A stretch of DNA of 64,000 nucleotides from Thermoplasmata archaeon (GTDB taxonomy: Archaea > Thermoplasmatota > Thermoplasmata > Lutacidiplasmatales > UBA184), in the NCBI GenBank assembly GCA_021821785.1, contig JAKACD010000002.1:1629-65628 (forward strand). The letters run 5' to 3'. Each line of letters begins with the position of its first letter. The first letter of the stretch is position 1. This document shows positions 38,395 to 46,882 of this stretch, one piece after another. The position numbers and the translations under genes were made by a program. Below the pieces are notes generated by a model. The model made no database searches. It saw only the letters and a program-made list of their open reading frames with translations, and had not been told where the DNA came from.

Positions 38395-39204
38395 TCAACT
38401 GCGGCGGGAACTCGGACGGGACCGAGGTCGGCGTCGGCCGTGGTTCCACCGCGCCGCCTCCACTACAAGATGGAGCGGGATTTCGGCGATGAGCCTCCCT
38501 TGCGGGCTCCTCCGGATCAACTCGGGCGCCGGGGACGGCTCCTCCATCCGAACGATTCCGAGCCCAGCCTCCCGGAGATAGCGGGAGTACGTCGACAGCG
38601 TTCGGTGAAAGGCGGTGGTGTACGCGAACTCGCCTTCGGAGATCTTCCACGGGATCCGAACCGGTCGCTCGGGTCGATATCCGGCGACCTTCCGATAGAT
38701 CTATTCCTGGTACCAGTGTCGTTCGATCAGCCATCCGGAGCGCTCGTCGACATCAAAGCACGGGTGGTTGAGGGAGAATCCCACGCGCCCCTCCGGGCGC
38801 AAGAGCCGGCCCATCTCTCGGATCGCCCGATCCGCGTCGCGGATGTCCATGATGGACATGTTGGCAACGATACGGTCGAACGATCCCGCGTCGAACCGGG
38901 TGAGCCGAGTGATATCTCCGTGCACAAACTCCGCTCCGGATTGGCGACGGGCTTCTCGTGCCCGGGCCAGCCGGATCGATGGGAGCGAGGCGTCGATCCC
39001 GACGGCGCGGGTCGCTCCCCGACGCTTGAGGCGACGCGTCAGGTAGCCGTTTCCGCGGGCCACGTCGAGGACCTCCAGACCCCGGACCGGACCCAACACC
39101 CTCAGCAAGGTGGGGTCGATGAGGGCGCGAGGCCAGAGGTCGCCTCCCTCACCCATTCGGTGATCGCGCCATTTCGCGAGCGCGTTCCACCCGCGCCGTG
39201 CCAT
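38395..39204 (-). pseudogene. Class I SAM methyltransferase interrupted by an in-frame TAG at 38701-38703
   Basis: After ...ERHWYQE* the same frame continues IYRKVAGY...AFHRTLSTYSRYLREAGLGIVRMEEP...IPLHLVVEA to TGA at 38395. Confidence 0.8.
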
Positions 39205-39273
39205 CCACCCTCGGGAAATGGCCCTGATTCAAATCGCGTACAGGGCGGAGCGAGGGGGGCTTCCATCCCCTGG

Positions 39274-39780
39274 TCACGCCCAACGTTTCGCGGGGCTGCC
39301 GTCCGCAGGGAGGTGCGGGTGGTGGTGACCGGTGGAAGCCCCGATGGTCGAGGGCGCCCCGATCAAGTAGTCCCCCTGCAGGATCCCCTTCACGCCTCGC
39401 AGGTCCTCCGCGGCCGCGCGGACCTCTCCGCGCTTCCCGGCAAGGACCACCACTTCGACGCACGCGTCCCCGCTCAGATGAACGTGGGTCGAGAACTGGA
39501 TGTGCTGTCCCCAGCGATGCTGCGCCGCCGTCAGGCGGCGGAGGACGTTGCGGTCCGTGTGCCGGTAGAGGAGCATCGCCATGCCCACCGCATCCGAGTC
39601 GGGGTCCTTCTGCTCGATCTCGGCGAGCTCCTTGCGGACCAGGAACCGGATCGCGTCCGAACGGCTCGGAGAGTTGCGCTCGCGGACCCAGCGATCAAGC
39701 GCCGCGAGGAGCGCGGGCTCGAGCGAGATGCCGAGCCGGACCACGTACTCGTCGTTCTCCTTGGGATCGGCCAGCGACAC
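39274..39780 (-). CDS. nikR: Nickel-responsive regulator NikR
   Basis: RHH domain VVRLGISLEPALL...SRSDAIRFLVR; Ni ligand pattern QH...HVH...C; His-rich tail; GTG at 39780. Confidence 0.9.
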   Translation of the reverse strand: MSLADPKENDEYVVRLGISLEPALLAALDRWVRERNSPSRSDAIRFLVRKELAEIEQKDPDSDAVGMAMLLYRHTDRNVLRRLTAAQHRWGQHIQFSTHVHLSGDACVEVVVLAGKRGEVRAAAEDLRGVKGILQGDYLIGAPSTIGASTGHHHPHLPADGSPAKRWA

Positions 39781-39925
39781 CCCGCGGTCTGTCCGGGCAC
39801 CGGTCCGGGCGGTCGCTCGCGTGCGAGAGGCTGTTCGGGCCACCATCGGAGGGAATCGATCGGGCCAGCCGGCCCCGGGTCATAATGTCGCGGGAGAAGG
39901 TCGACCGGTCCGACCGCCGACAGGA

Positions 39926-39960
39926 GTGTTACCATTTTTCATTCCCACATAATCATTATA
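39926..39960. promoter_or_regulatory. AT-rich divergent promoter with candidate NikR operator
   Basis: GTGTTAC-CATTTTTCATTCCCAC-ATAAT-CATTATA between nikR and the NiCoT gene. Confidence 0.45.
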
Positions 39961-39983
39961 TCTCCCCGGCCGTCAGCCCATCG

Positions 39984-41126
39984 ATGGTTTCCGGTCCGGC
40001 CTCGCCCGGCGTCGCTCACCTCCGCAACCCGTTCACGCTCGACGCCTGGGAGAAGCGCGGCGCCACCCTGCTCTACGGAGTGATCATCGCCGCGACGGTC
40101 TTCGGGTTCGTGGCCACTCTCCTCATCGGCCGGACCTGGGGCATCTTTATCGGTCTCAGCGTGCTCAGCTACACCCTCGGCCTCCGGCACGGGGTCGACG
40201 CCGACCACATCTGCGCGATCGACAACACCACGCGCAAGCTCCTGCAGGACGGGCAGAAGCCGTACACGGTCGGTACGTGGTTCTCGCTCGGCCACTCCAC
40301 GATCGTCATGGGCATGCTCGTCGGCCTTGTCGTGGCCGCCCGGTTCATCCTCAATGCCTATCCGACGTTCCAGTCGGTCGGCGCGGTCCTCGGCACCGCG
40401 ATCTCGGGCGGCTTTCTCTACCTGATCGCGTTCATCAACCTCCTGATCTTCTGGGAGGTCTACCAGATCTTCCGCCAGCTGCGCACCGGCACGCTCGACA
40501 ACGAGCGCCTCGAGCAGCAGTTGAACAGCCGCGGGTTCATGAACCGCTACTTCAACTGGCTGTTCAAGTTCGTCAACAAGCCCTGGCAGATCTACCCGGT
40601 GGGGGTCCTCTTCGGGCTCGGGTTCGACACCGCGACGGAGGTCACGCTCATCGCGATCACCGTGACGGTCGGGACCGCGGCCGCCGGATTCCCGTTGCTC
40701 GCCGTCCTTCTGCTCCCGTTCATGTTCGCCTGCGGGATGGTCCTCACGGACACCACCGACGGGATCAGCATGCGGTACGCCTACGGGTGGGCGTTCGCCA
40801 ACCCGATCCGCAAGGTGTTCTACAACCTCACTCTGACGCTCATCTCGGTGATGGTGGCGTTCGTCATCGGCACCATCGAGGTCCTCGGGGTCATCGCCGC
40901 CGAGTTCCACTTCAGCGGGGGTCCGTTCGGGTTCTGGACCACGATGGACTGGCTCAACAGCGCCACGGGACCGGCCGGGATCGACGTCTGGGGCTGGGTC
41001 GGGATCGGGATCGTGGTCCTGTTCGTCGGGACCTGGCTCGGCGCGATGGTCGTCTACCGGCTGAAGCACTACGAGCGGATCGGTCTCGGCCCGCGAGAGC
41101 CCGCGGACGCGGCCCTCGACGGCTGA
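39984..41126 (+). CDS. hoxN: NiCoT (HoxN/NixA) nickel/cobalt permease
   Basis: Signature LGLRHGVDADHICAID, FSLGHSTIV, LFGLGFDTATEV; ATG at 39984. Confidence 0.93.
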   Translation: MVSGPASPGVAHLRNPFTLDAWEKRGATLLYGVIIAATVFGFVATLLIGRTWGIFIGLSVLSYTLGLRHGVDADHICAIDNTTRKLLQDGQKPYTVGTWFSLGHSTIVMGMLVGLVVAARFILNAYPTFQSVGAVLGTAISGGFLYLIAFINLLIFWEVYQIFRQLRTGTLDNERLEQQLNSRGFMNRYFNWLFKFVNKPWQIYPVGVLFGLGFDTATEVTLIAITVTVGTAAAGFPLLAVLLLPFMFACGMVLTDTTDGISMRYAYGWAFANPIRKVFYNLTLTLISVMVAFVIGTIEVLGVIAAEFHFSGGPFGFWTTMDWLNSATGPAGIDVWGWVGIGIVVLFVGTWLGAMVVYRLKHYERIGLGPREPADAALDG

Positions 41127-41198
41127 GCGGCGACGGGGCCTACCCTCCGGTGCTGTACCGACCCGGCGGGGGGCCGAGGCCGGACGAAGCCGGGGTCG

Positions 41199-41490
41199 CG
41201 TGCCATCCTCACGGCCGATAGGCAATCACGAACCGCCGAAGGAATGGGAAGAGCACCCGTCCATCGTGCTGGGGAACGTACACCGTACGGATCCGACCGG
41301 TGAGCTCCTCGAGGAACCGCCTTCCGCCACGGACATCTGTGGAGCTCGAGCCACTCCGTGGGGTCGGTGGGTGATGTCTCCGAGGAGACCGTCGCCCGAT
41401 ACGTGCGGGACCCGAAGGCGAGAACCGTAGGCCGCCCGAAGGGGTGGCGAGCATCCTCCCCCCAACAAGTTGGGGGGTCTCCGCCCGCGT
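41199..41490 (+). mobile_element. Decayed IS200/IS605-family tnpA remnant with right-end hairpins
   Basis: From 41322: FRHGHLWSSSHSVGSVGDVSEETVARYVRDPK (TnpA C-terminus with catalytic Tyr). Hairpins GCCGCCC-GAAG-GGGTGGC and CCCCCCAAC-AA-GTTGGGGGG. Confidence 0.7.
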
Positions 41491-41542
41491 GCGATCATGA
41501 ACCGGTATCCCGGCGGTAGGGGCAAGGGGGCCGCGCCCGGAC

Positions 41543-42184
41543 CTATCCCGACGCCGAACTCGGCGTCCGCTCGAGGACCAGTTGGCGGCCCTCGGGCTCA
41601 CCCGCCGCCCCCATACGGACCCGCACCACGTAGTCGAAGAGGGCCGAGAACTCTGGCAGGGGCCGAAGGAGCAGCCCGACGATGACCGTCGCCCGCCGCC
41701 GGGAAAGGATCTCGAGCAGCCGCCGGACATCCTCCATTCCGAGCGGGAGCCGCATCACGAGCCGCTCCGCCCGGGCGACGACCACCGAGACCGTGCGTCC
41801 CGCCCGTTCCTGGGCGATGAGGCTCTCCCGGATCGGGGGCGGGAGCCAGGTCAGGTCCTCGGCCTCCCGTACCCACACCGGGCTCTCGACCGCGCGCCCG
41901 GCGATGAAGGCGCCGAGATTCGCGAGCCCCTGCTCTGGCAGGACCTCGGCCGGCTCGAGCTCGAACCGATGGGGCAAGAGCGCGGTGACCGACGCGTCGC
42001 CCTCCTCTTCGGGGGGCGCCGCGGCGGGTTCACGGACATCGATCCAGAGCGGTTCCTCGCTCACCCGCAGGGCCATCGACACGATCACGGGGTCGAGCGC
42101 GCGACGGGTGTGCGCATAGACGAGGACCGTGGTCGGCCTTCTCCAGACATCGTCGGGAAGGGCCCCGGAGAGATCGGGCAGCAT
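41543..42184 (-). CDS. Hypothetical protein with alpha/beta pattern reminiscent of a degenerate RecA/KaiC-like fold
   Basis: Typical codon usage, ATG after GGTTTATCC; no Walker A visible. Confidence 0.6.
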   Translation of the reverse strand: MLPDLSGALPDDVWRRPTTVLVYAHTRRALDPVIVSMALRVSEEPLWIDVREPAAAPPEEEGDASVTALLPHRFELEPAEVLPEQGLANLGAFIAGRAVESPVWVREAEDLTWLPPPIRESLIAQERAGRTVSVVVARAERLVMRLPLGMEDVRRLLEILSRRRATVIVGLLLRPLPEFSALFDYVVRVRMGAAGEPEGRQLVLERTPSSASG

Positions 42185-42318
42185 GCGGGTCGAGAGCCCC
42201 CGTCACGCGGCGAAGGATAAACCCATGGCTCGTATGGGACCTAGGGCACGACCCGGCCGCCCGGGGGATAGCCTATCGAGCGCGGGACGTGCCTCGCCGC
42301 GGGCTCCCAAGGGTTCGG

Positions 42319-43452
42319 CTAGTCCGAGGGTTCGAGGCGGAGGCGCGACTCCATCGAGACCTTGCGGTCGGTCTTCGCCACCGTTTCGGGCTCGACGCCC
42401 CGGTTGATCGTCACTTCGTTGATGATGACGAGCATCTCGATCGTCATCAGCAAGTTCGACACCACCCGCTGCATCGCCACGGCGACCTTTCGGTCCACGA
42501 TGCGGCGGGCGAGCTGGTCGCCGAGCGCCGAATCTTTCGGGAATCGGTCGTCCATCTCGTTCAGGACCGCGTTCGCATCCACAACGGACATACGGCCGAA
42601 GGCGTCCATCGTCCGCTCGAGGAAACGCTCGACCCGTTCGATCAGGGCGATGAGGTCGGACTGGGCGGCCTTGGGGAGCCGACGGACCCCCGTAAGGTTC
42701 TCGTCGAGCTCGCGCGCGACGCCCGAGGCAAGGTCCCCAGTGACCTCGAGGACCTTCGCGACCAGGCGGTCGCCGATCTGGTAGTGGTGGCTCTCCACAC
42801 CGATGTCGCGCGCGACCTGGAAGTCATCCGAGGAGAGGAGGAGCTGCCGGACCATGAGCAGGTAGAACCGATCGACCTCGTCCTCCATCGCGCCCAGCTG
42901 CTCCATCGCGACGCGGTTCCCTCCCCGGAGGAGGTCCCGGCAGGCTTCGAGCTCGCTGCGGAGGATGCGAACGACCTGGCTCATCAAGCGCTGGAACTGG
43001 TACTTGCCGGGATCTACGAAGTTCTGGATCTCGACCGCGCCCGAGTCCTCCTCGACCACGGTCATGCCGAGCACGTGACCGACGATGCGTCGGATCTCCT
43101 GCCGCTGCTCGGGCGAGAGCCCGGACCGCGCCGTGACGACGATCTGGTCCTGGCCGGTAATGTAGGCCCCCACAAGGAGGCGGGCCAGCAGCTTCGGCGG
43201 GGCCCCGCTCGCATCGATGCGGAGCAGCTTCTGGCGTCGTTCGGCCGGGGCCTCCGGACGCACGGGGCTGATCTCGAGCCGCCCCTCTCCGAGATCGCGG
43301 AAGCGGAGCGAATCCCCGGTCTGGAGGTTCATCGAGTCGGTCCACGCCTTCGGTAGCGTGATCGAGAGCGAGGAGGACCCGGTTCGCTGGACCCGCCGCG
43401 TGAAGCCCGGCGGCGCGCCGGGGGCCTCCGCTTCTTTGCGGGCTCGGGGCAT
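42319..43452 (-). CDS. AbrB-PhoU family regulator (phosphate uptake regulator-like)
   Basis: RRVQRTGSSSLSITLPKAW (AbrB-like), LVGAYITG, MEDEVDRFYLLMVRQL (PhoU-like). Confidence 0.88.
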   Translation of the reverse strand: MPRARKEAEAPGAPPGFTRRVQRTGSSSLSITLPKAWTDSMNLQTGDSLRFRDLGEGRLEISPVRPEAPAERRQKLLRIDASGAPPKLLARLLVGAYITGQDQIVVTARSGLSPEQRQEIRRIVGHVLGMTVVEEDSGAVEIQNFVDPGKYQFQRLMSQVVRILRSELEACRDLLRGGNRVAMEQLGAMEDEVDRFYLLMVRQLLLSSDDFQVARDIGVESHHYQIGDRLVAKVLEVTGDLASGVARELDENLTGVRRLPKAAQSDLIALIERVERFLERTMDAFGRMSVVDANAVLNEMDDRFPKDSALGDQLARRIVDRKVAVAMQRVVSNLLMTIEMLVIINEVTINRGVEPETVAKTDRKVSMESRLRLEPSD

Positions 43453-43525
43453 CGAACCCCCATCGTATCACCCTCATTAACGGTCCGCCCGGACCCGGGG
43501 AAACCCGACCCCCCCGATGGCCCGT

Positions 43526-43543
43526 TCTCCTTACTCTCCTTAC
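43526..43543. repeat. Perfect 9-bp tandem direct repeat TCTCCTTAC x2
   Basis: TCTCCTTACTCTCCTTAC in the divergent intergenic region. Confidence 0.8.
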
Positions 43544-43599
43544 CGGGGGCACGTGGGCCGCATGACCGTCCTTTCCCATTCCCGATTCAGAGGCAGCCT

Positions 43600-43737
43600 A
43601 TGCGACTGGGAGATGGATTCCGACTGTTCGACCGAGCCGACTGGCGCCGGAAGGTCCGGGTTCCGACCTCGACCCGCCGCGCGGAGAACGAGAAGCGCCG
43701 CGTCGTCCTGCCGGGGCGCAAGGGCACGGGGGCGTGA
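43600..43737 (+). CDS. 45-aa basic microprotein (below the ORF-track cutoff)
   Basis: MRLGDGFRLFDRADWRRKVRVPTSTRRAENEKRRVVLPGRKGTGA; GAGG upstream; TGA overlaps GTG of the next gene. Confidence 0.55.
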   Translation: MRLGDGFRLFDRADWRRKVRVPTSTRRAENEKRRVVLPGRKGTGA

Positions 43738-44501
43738 CCATGGCGTTCATCGACTTCCTGGCCCTCCAAGAGGCGATGCTCCTCGTGGCGGCCGTCCTCG
43801 TCGGCTACGTGAGCGTGGCCGCGATGCTGGCGATGCGCCGGAACGACACCGCGGGGCTCAAGGGGGCCCTCAAGGGCGGGGCGGTCCCGATCGGGTTCCT
43901 CGGAGTCATCGCGACTACTCTCTCAGTGTGGGGCGAGATCGTCTGGCCCCTCCCCGGCGCGTACAACATCTTCTTCACGGACGTCTACCTCCTGTTCGGC
44001 CTGACGCTGGTGGTGCTCGCCGTCTCGATGGCGACCTCCTCCCGCCTTCAGTACGCGGGGGTCTTTGCGTTCGTCGCGGGCGGGATCACCCTCGCCTACG
44101 GGTGGTCGGGGTACCAGCTCCACATGACCAAGGAGCCGCTCGAGACGTTCCTGCTCTACGGTGCGTTCGGGCTCACGGGGATCCTCGCCTTCCCCGCCAC
44201 CCTGATCGCGGACCACTACCTCCTGCACCCCACCAGCGCCTCGTTCGCCGTGCCCGCCGGCAGCGCGGCCGCGCGCCGCCGACCGTCCCTCCTCGGGGCG
44301 ACCCGAGCCGTGCAGCCGATCGTCCCGTCGGCCAACGGAGCGAACGCGGAGGAGTCGACCGATGCGCCAGTCCGGTTCCGGGTGCCGATCTACATGAACG
44401 CCACGTTGCTCGTCTTCGTGGTGATGGTCGCGCTCGCGGGGATCGCCGCGCTGCTGTATCTCGACAGCACGCTGCCGGCCCACCTCGCGTCGCCGCCGTA
44501 G
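43734..44501 (+). CDS. DUF981 family membrane protein
   Basis: MAFIDFL, WGEIVWPLPGAYNIFFTDVYLLFG, LHMTKEPLETFLLY. Confidence 0.8.
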   Translation: MTMAFIDFLALQEAMLLVAAVLVGYVSVAAMLAMRRNDTAGLKGALKGGAVPIGFLGVIATTLSVWGEIVWPLPGAYNIFFTDVYLLFGLTLVVLAVSMATSSRLQYAGVFAFVAGGITLAYGWSGYQLHMTKEPLETFLLYGAFGLTGILAFPATLIADHYLLHPTSASFAVPAGSAAARRRPSLLGATRAVQPIVPSANGANAEESTDAPVRFRVPIYMNATLLVFVVMVALAGIAALLYLDSTLPAHLASPP

Positions 44502-44553
44502 ACGACCGAACGCAGACCGAGCCAACCCAGCGCATAGCTCGGCGGGTCGGACC

Positions 44554-45687
44554 ATGAGCGGCGGCCGCCCCCGCGCACTGACCGACCCGTCGATTTCCCA
44601 TGGCGCTCCGACGACCTCCCCCCACGACCTGGGGCGGGGTCGGCTGGAGGCCCACCCCCCCGATGGGCGGGTCCAGAAGGTCGTTCGGATCGACGCGACC
44701 CGGGCCCCGTCGAGCTTGATCGGCCGGCTCCTGGTCGGCAGCTACATCACGGGTCAGGACCGGGTCCACCTCACGGCCCGCGGGGGGCTCACGCCGTCGC
44801 AGCGCCGCGAGATCCACCGGGTCGTCGACCGCCTCCTCGGGATGACGGTCGTCGAAGACTCGCCGGGAGGCGTGGAGATCCAGAATTTCCTCGACCCGGG
44901 AAAGTACGGCGTCCCCCGGCTCCTTCACCGAGTGGTCCAGCTGCTCGAGGCAGAGCTCAGCGCCTGCTACGACGCGCTCGACCGGGGGACGACCGTAGCG
45001 CTGTGCCAGGTTCCCGAGCTCGAGGAGGAGATCGACCAGCTCTACCTCCTGATGGCCCGTCAGCTCCTGCTCTCGCTCGACAGTCCTCGCGTCGCGCGGG
45101 ACATCGACGTCGAGAGCCACCACTTCCAGATCGGCTACCGGCTGGTCGGCAAGGTCCTCGAGGTCACCGGCGACCTCGTGCACGCGGTCAGCCAGGACCT
45201 CGCCGGAGATATGATCAGGCCCGAGGACCTCCCGCGCTCGGTGGCCCGAGAGCTCACGACCCGCGTCCGCCGGCTCGAGGAGATACTCGCCCGCACGATG
45301 GATGCGTTCGCCACCATTTCGGTGACCGAGGCGAACGCGACGCTCGACCTGATCGCCGCCGACCTCCCCAAGGAGGCCGACCTCGGCCCGCTCATTGCCC
45401 GCAACATGCCCGACCCCAAGACCGCCGTCGTAGCCCAGCGGATCGCCTGCAACCTGACGGTCGCCCTCGAGATGCTCGTCATTGTGAATGAGGTGACCAT
45501 CAACCGAGGGATCGAGCCCGAGATGGTGGCCCTCACCCGCGAACGCGTGGTGATGGCGATCAAGGGGGCGTCGAGGGTGCCGCACGAGTCGCACCTCGCC
45601 GCTCTGCTCTCAGAAGCCGGGTGCGAGCGGACGCTCTCTCGATCGACCGGGGCCGCCTCCTCCGGCGGGTTGCGCGAGATCCGCTAA
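44554..45687 (+). CDS. PhoU-family paralog lacking most of the AbrB DNA-binding domain
   Basis: Colinear with 42319..43452 from DLGRGRLE onward (LLVGSYITGQD, EIQNFLDPGKY, VESHHFQIG, NEVTINRG). Confidence 0.85.
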   Translation: MSGGRPRALTDPSISHGAPTTSPHDLGRGRLEAHPPDGRVQKVVRIDATRAPSSLIGRLLVGSYITGQDRVHLTARGGLTPSQRREIHRVVDRLLGMTVVEDSPGGVEIQNFLDPGKYGVPRLLHRVVQLLEAELSACYDALDRGTTVALCQVPELEEEIDQLYLLMARQLLLSLDSPRVARDIDVESHHFQIGYRLVGKVLEVTGDLVHAVSQDLAGDMIRPEDLPRSVARELTTRVRRLEEILARTMDAFATISVTEANATLDLIAADLPKEADLGPLIARNMPDPKTAVVAQRIACNLTVALEMLVIVNEVTINRGIEPEMVALTRERVVMAIKGASRVPHESHLAALLSEAGCERTLSRSTGAASSGGLREIR

Positions 45688-45841
45688 GCGTGCCTGCCGA
45701 GCCGCGTCCCGCGACCTACGGGAGGGTTTGGGGCGGGCAGGCCCGTCGGGGGCGTACGGGGCTCACCGACTTCCCTCTCCCTCCCCCCTCGACGGCAAGG
45801 TTCTTGCGCGATCGGTCGCGTGGAGCGACAGGGCCATTCCG

Positions 45842-46789
45842 ATGCCGGTGCCGGTCCATGGGGAAAGGGAAGCGGAGACCCGCGTCCTCCGGGGCCTTCG
45901 TCTCGCCCTCGAGCTCTCGCTGGTGGTCCTCGTCATCGAGGCGGTCGGAGCGTATTTCTCCCACAGTCTCTCGGTGACGGTCGACGCGGTGCACAACGTC
46001 CCGGACCTCTTCGCGTTCGCGATGTCGTGGGCCGCGCTCCAGGCGACCGAACGAGGGACGAGCGGGGAGTTCACGTTCGGGCCGCACCGGCTCGAGGTCT
46101 TCGCCGGTCTCCTGAACGCCGCGCTGGTTCTCGGCACCGGGCTCGTCTTCGGCTTCGCGGCCGTGGAAGCGCTGTCCCGGGGTGCCCCGTTCGCGGGCCC
46201 GGTCGATCCCTTCTGGATCGTGCTGGTGGCCCTGCCCACGCTGGCGCTCCGTGGCGCCAATCTGAGCGTCCTCGGGCGTCTCCCCGGTCGGGCGCGGGAC
46301 TTGAACCTCCGCAGCGTCCTCACGCACCTCGGAAGCGATGTGGCGATCACGGGAGCCCTTCTGGTGGCGGGCGGGCTCCTGCTCGCCGAGCCGTCGCTCG
46401 CCTGGGTGGACCCCGCGGCAACCCTCGCGATCGCGGCGATCCTTGCCTACGAGTCGTTCCCGCTATTCCGGGATGGCTGGGATGTGCTCACCGAACGGAT
46501 CCCCCGGAACCTCTCCGTCGGCGAGATCGAGCGGGCGGCCCGGGGCGTGCCGAAGGTCGAGGAGATCCACGACGTGCATGTCTGGGCCGTCTGCCCGACC
46601 CTGGTCTGCATGACCGCGCACGTGCGGGTGGGGGAGATGTCGGTACGGGAAGGGATGGAGGTCGTCGACGCGCTCCGAGATCGGATGGCCGAACAGTTCG
46701 GGATCCTCCACGCCGTCTTCCAGGTCGAGACGAGCGAGGGGAGCGCCCGAGGCGGGGAACGCTCGGCGGCGCGGCCGACGAGGAGCTAG
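45842..46789 (+). CDS. Cation diffusion facilitator (CzcD-like) metal exporter
   Basis: DAVHNVPD, FTFGPHRLE, NLRSVLTHLGSD, IHDVHVW; ATG at 45842. Confidence 0.92.
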   Translation: MPVPVHGEREAETRVLRGLRLALELSLVVLVIEAVGAYFSHSLSVTVDAVHNVPDLFAFAMSWAALQATERGTSGEFTFGPHRLEVFAGLLNAALVLGTGLVFGFAAVEALSRGAPFAGPVDPFWIVLVALPTLALRGANLSVLGRLPGRARDLNLRSVLTHLGSDVAITGALLVAGGLLLAEPSLAWVDPAATLAIAAILAYESFPLFRDGWDVLTERIPRNLSVGEIERAARGVPKVEEIHDVHVWAVCPTLVCMTAHVRVGEMSVREGMEVVDALRDRMAEQFGILHAVFQVETSEGSARGGERSAARPTRS

Positions 46790-46882
46790 AGTCGCGGATC
46801 CAGGGCACGTCCCGGGCCCGACCGCGCCTCCATCGACAGATTTTCAAGGGTCGCCCGCCCACGTACATCTCGGGAGCCTGGG

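Noticed and set aside
38701-38703. Genome-wide reassignment of TAG (pyrrolysine or other)
   Set aside because: TAG ends core genes at their expected C-termini here (rps11, rps13, rpoD, gltA, argF), and no pyl genes or CTA-anticodon tRNA are in the window.
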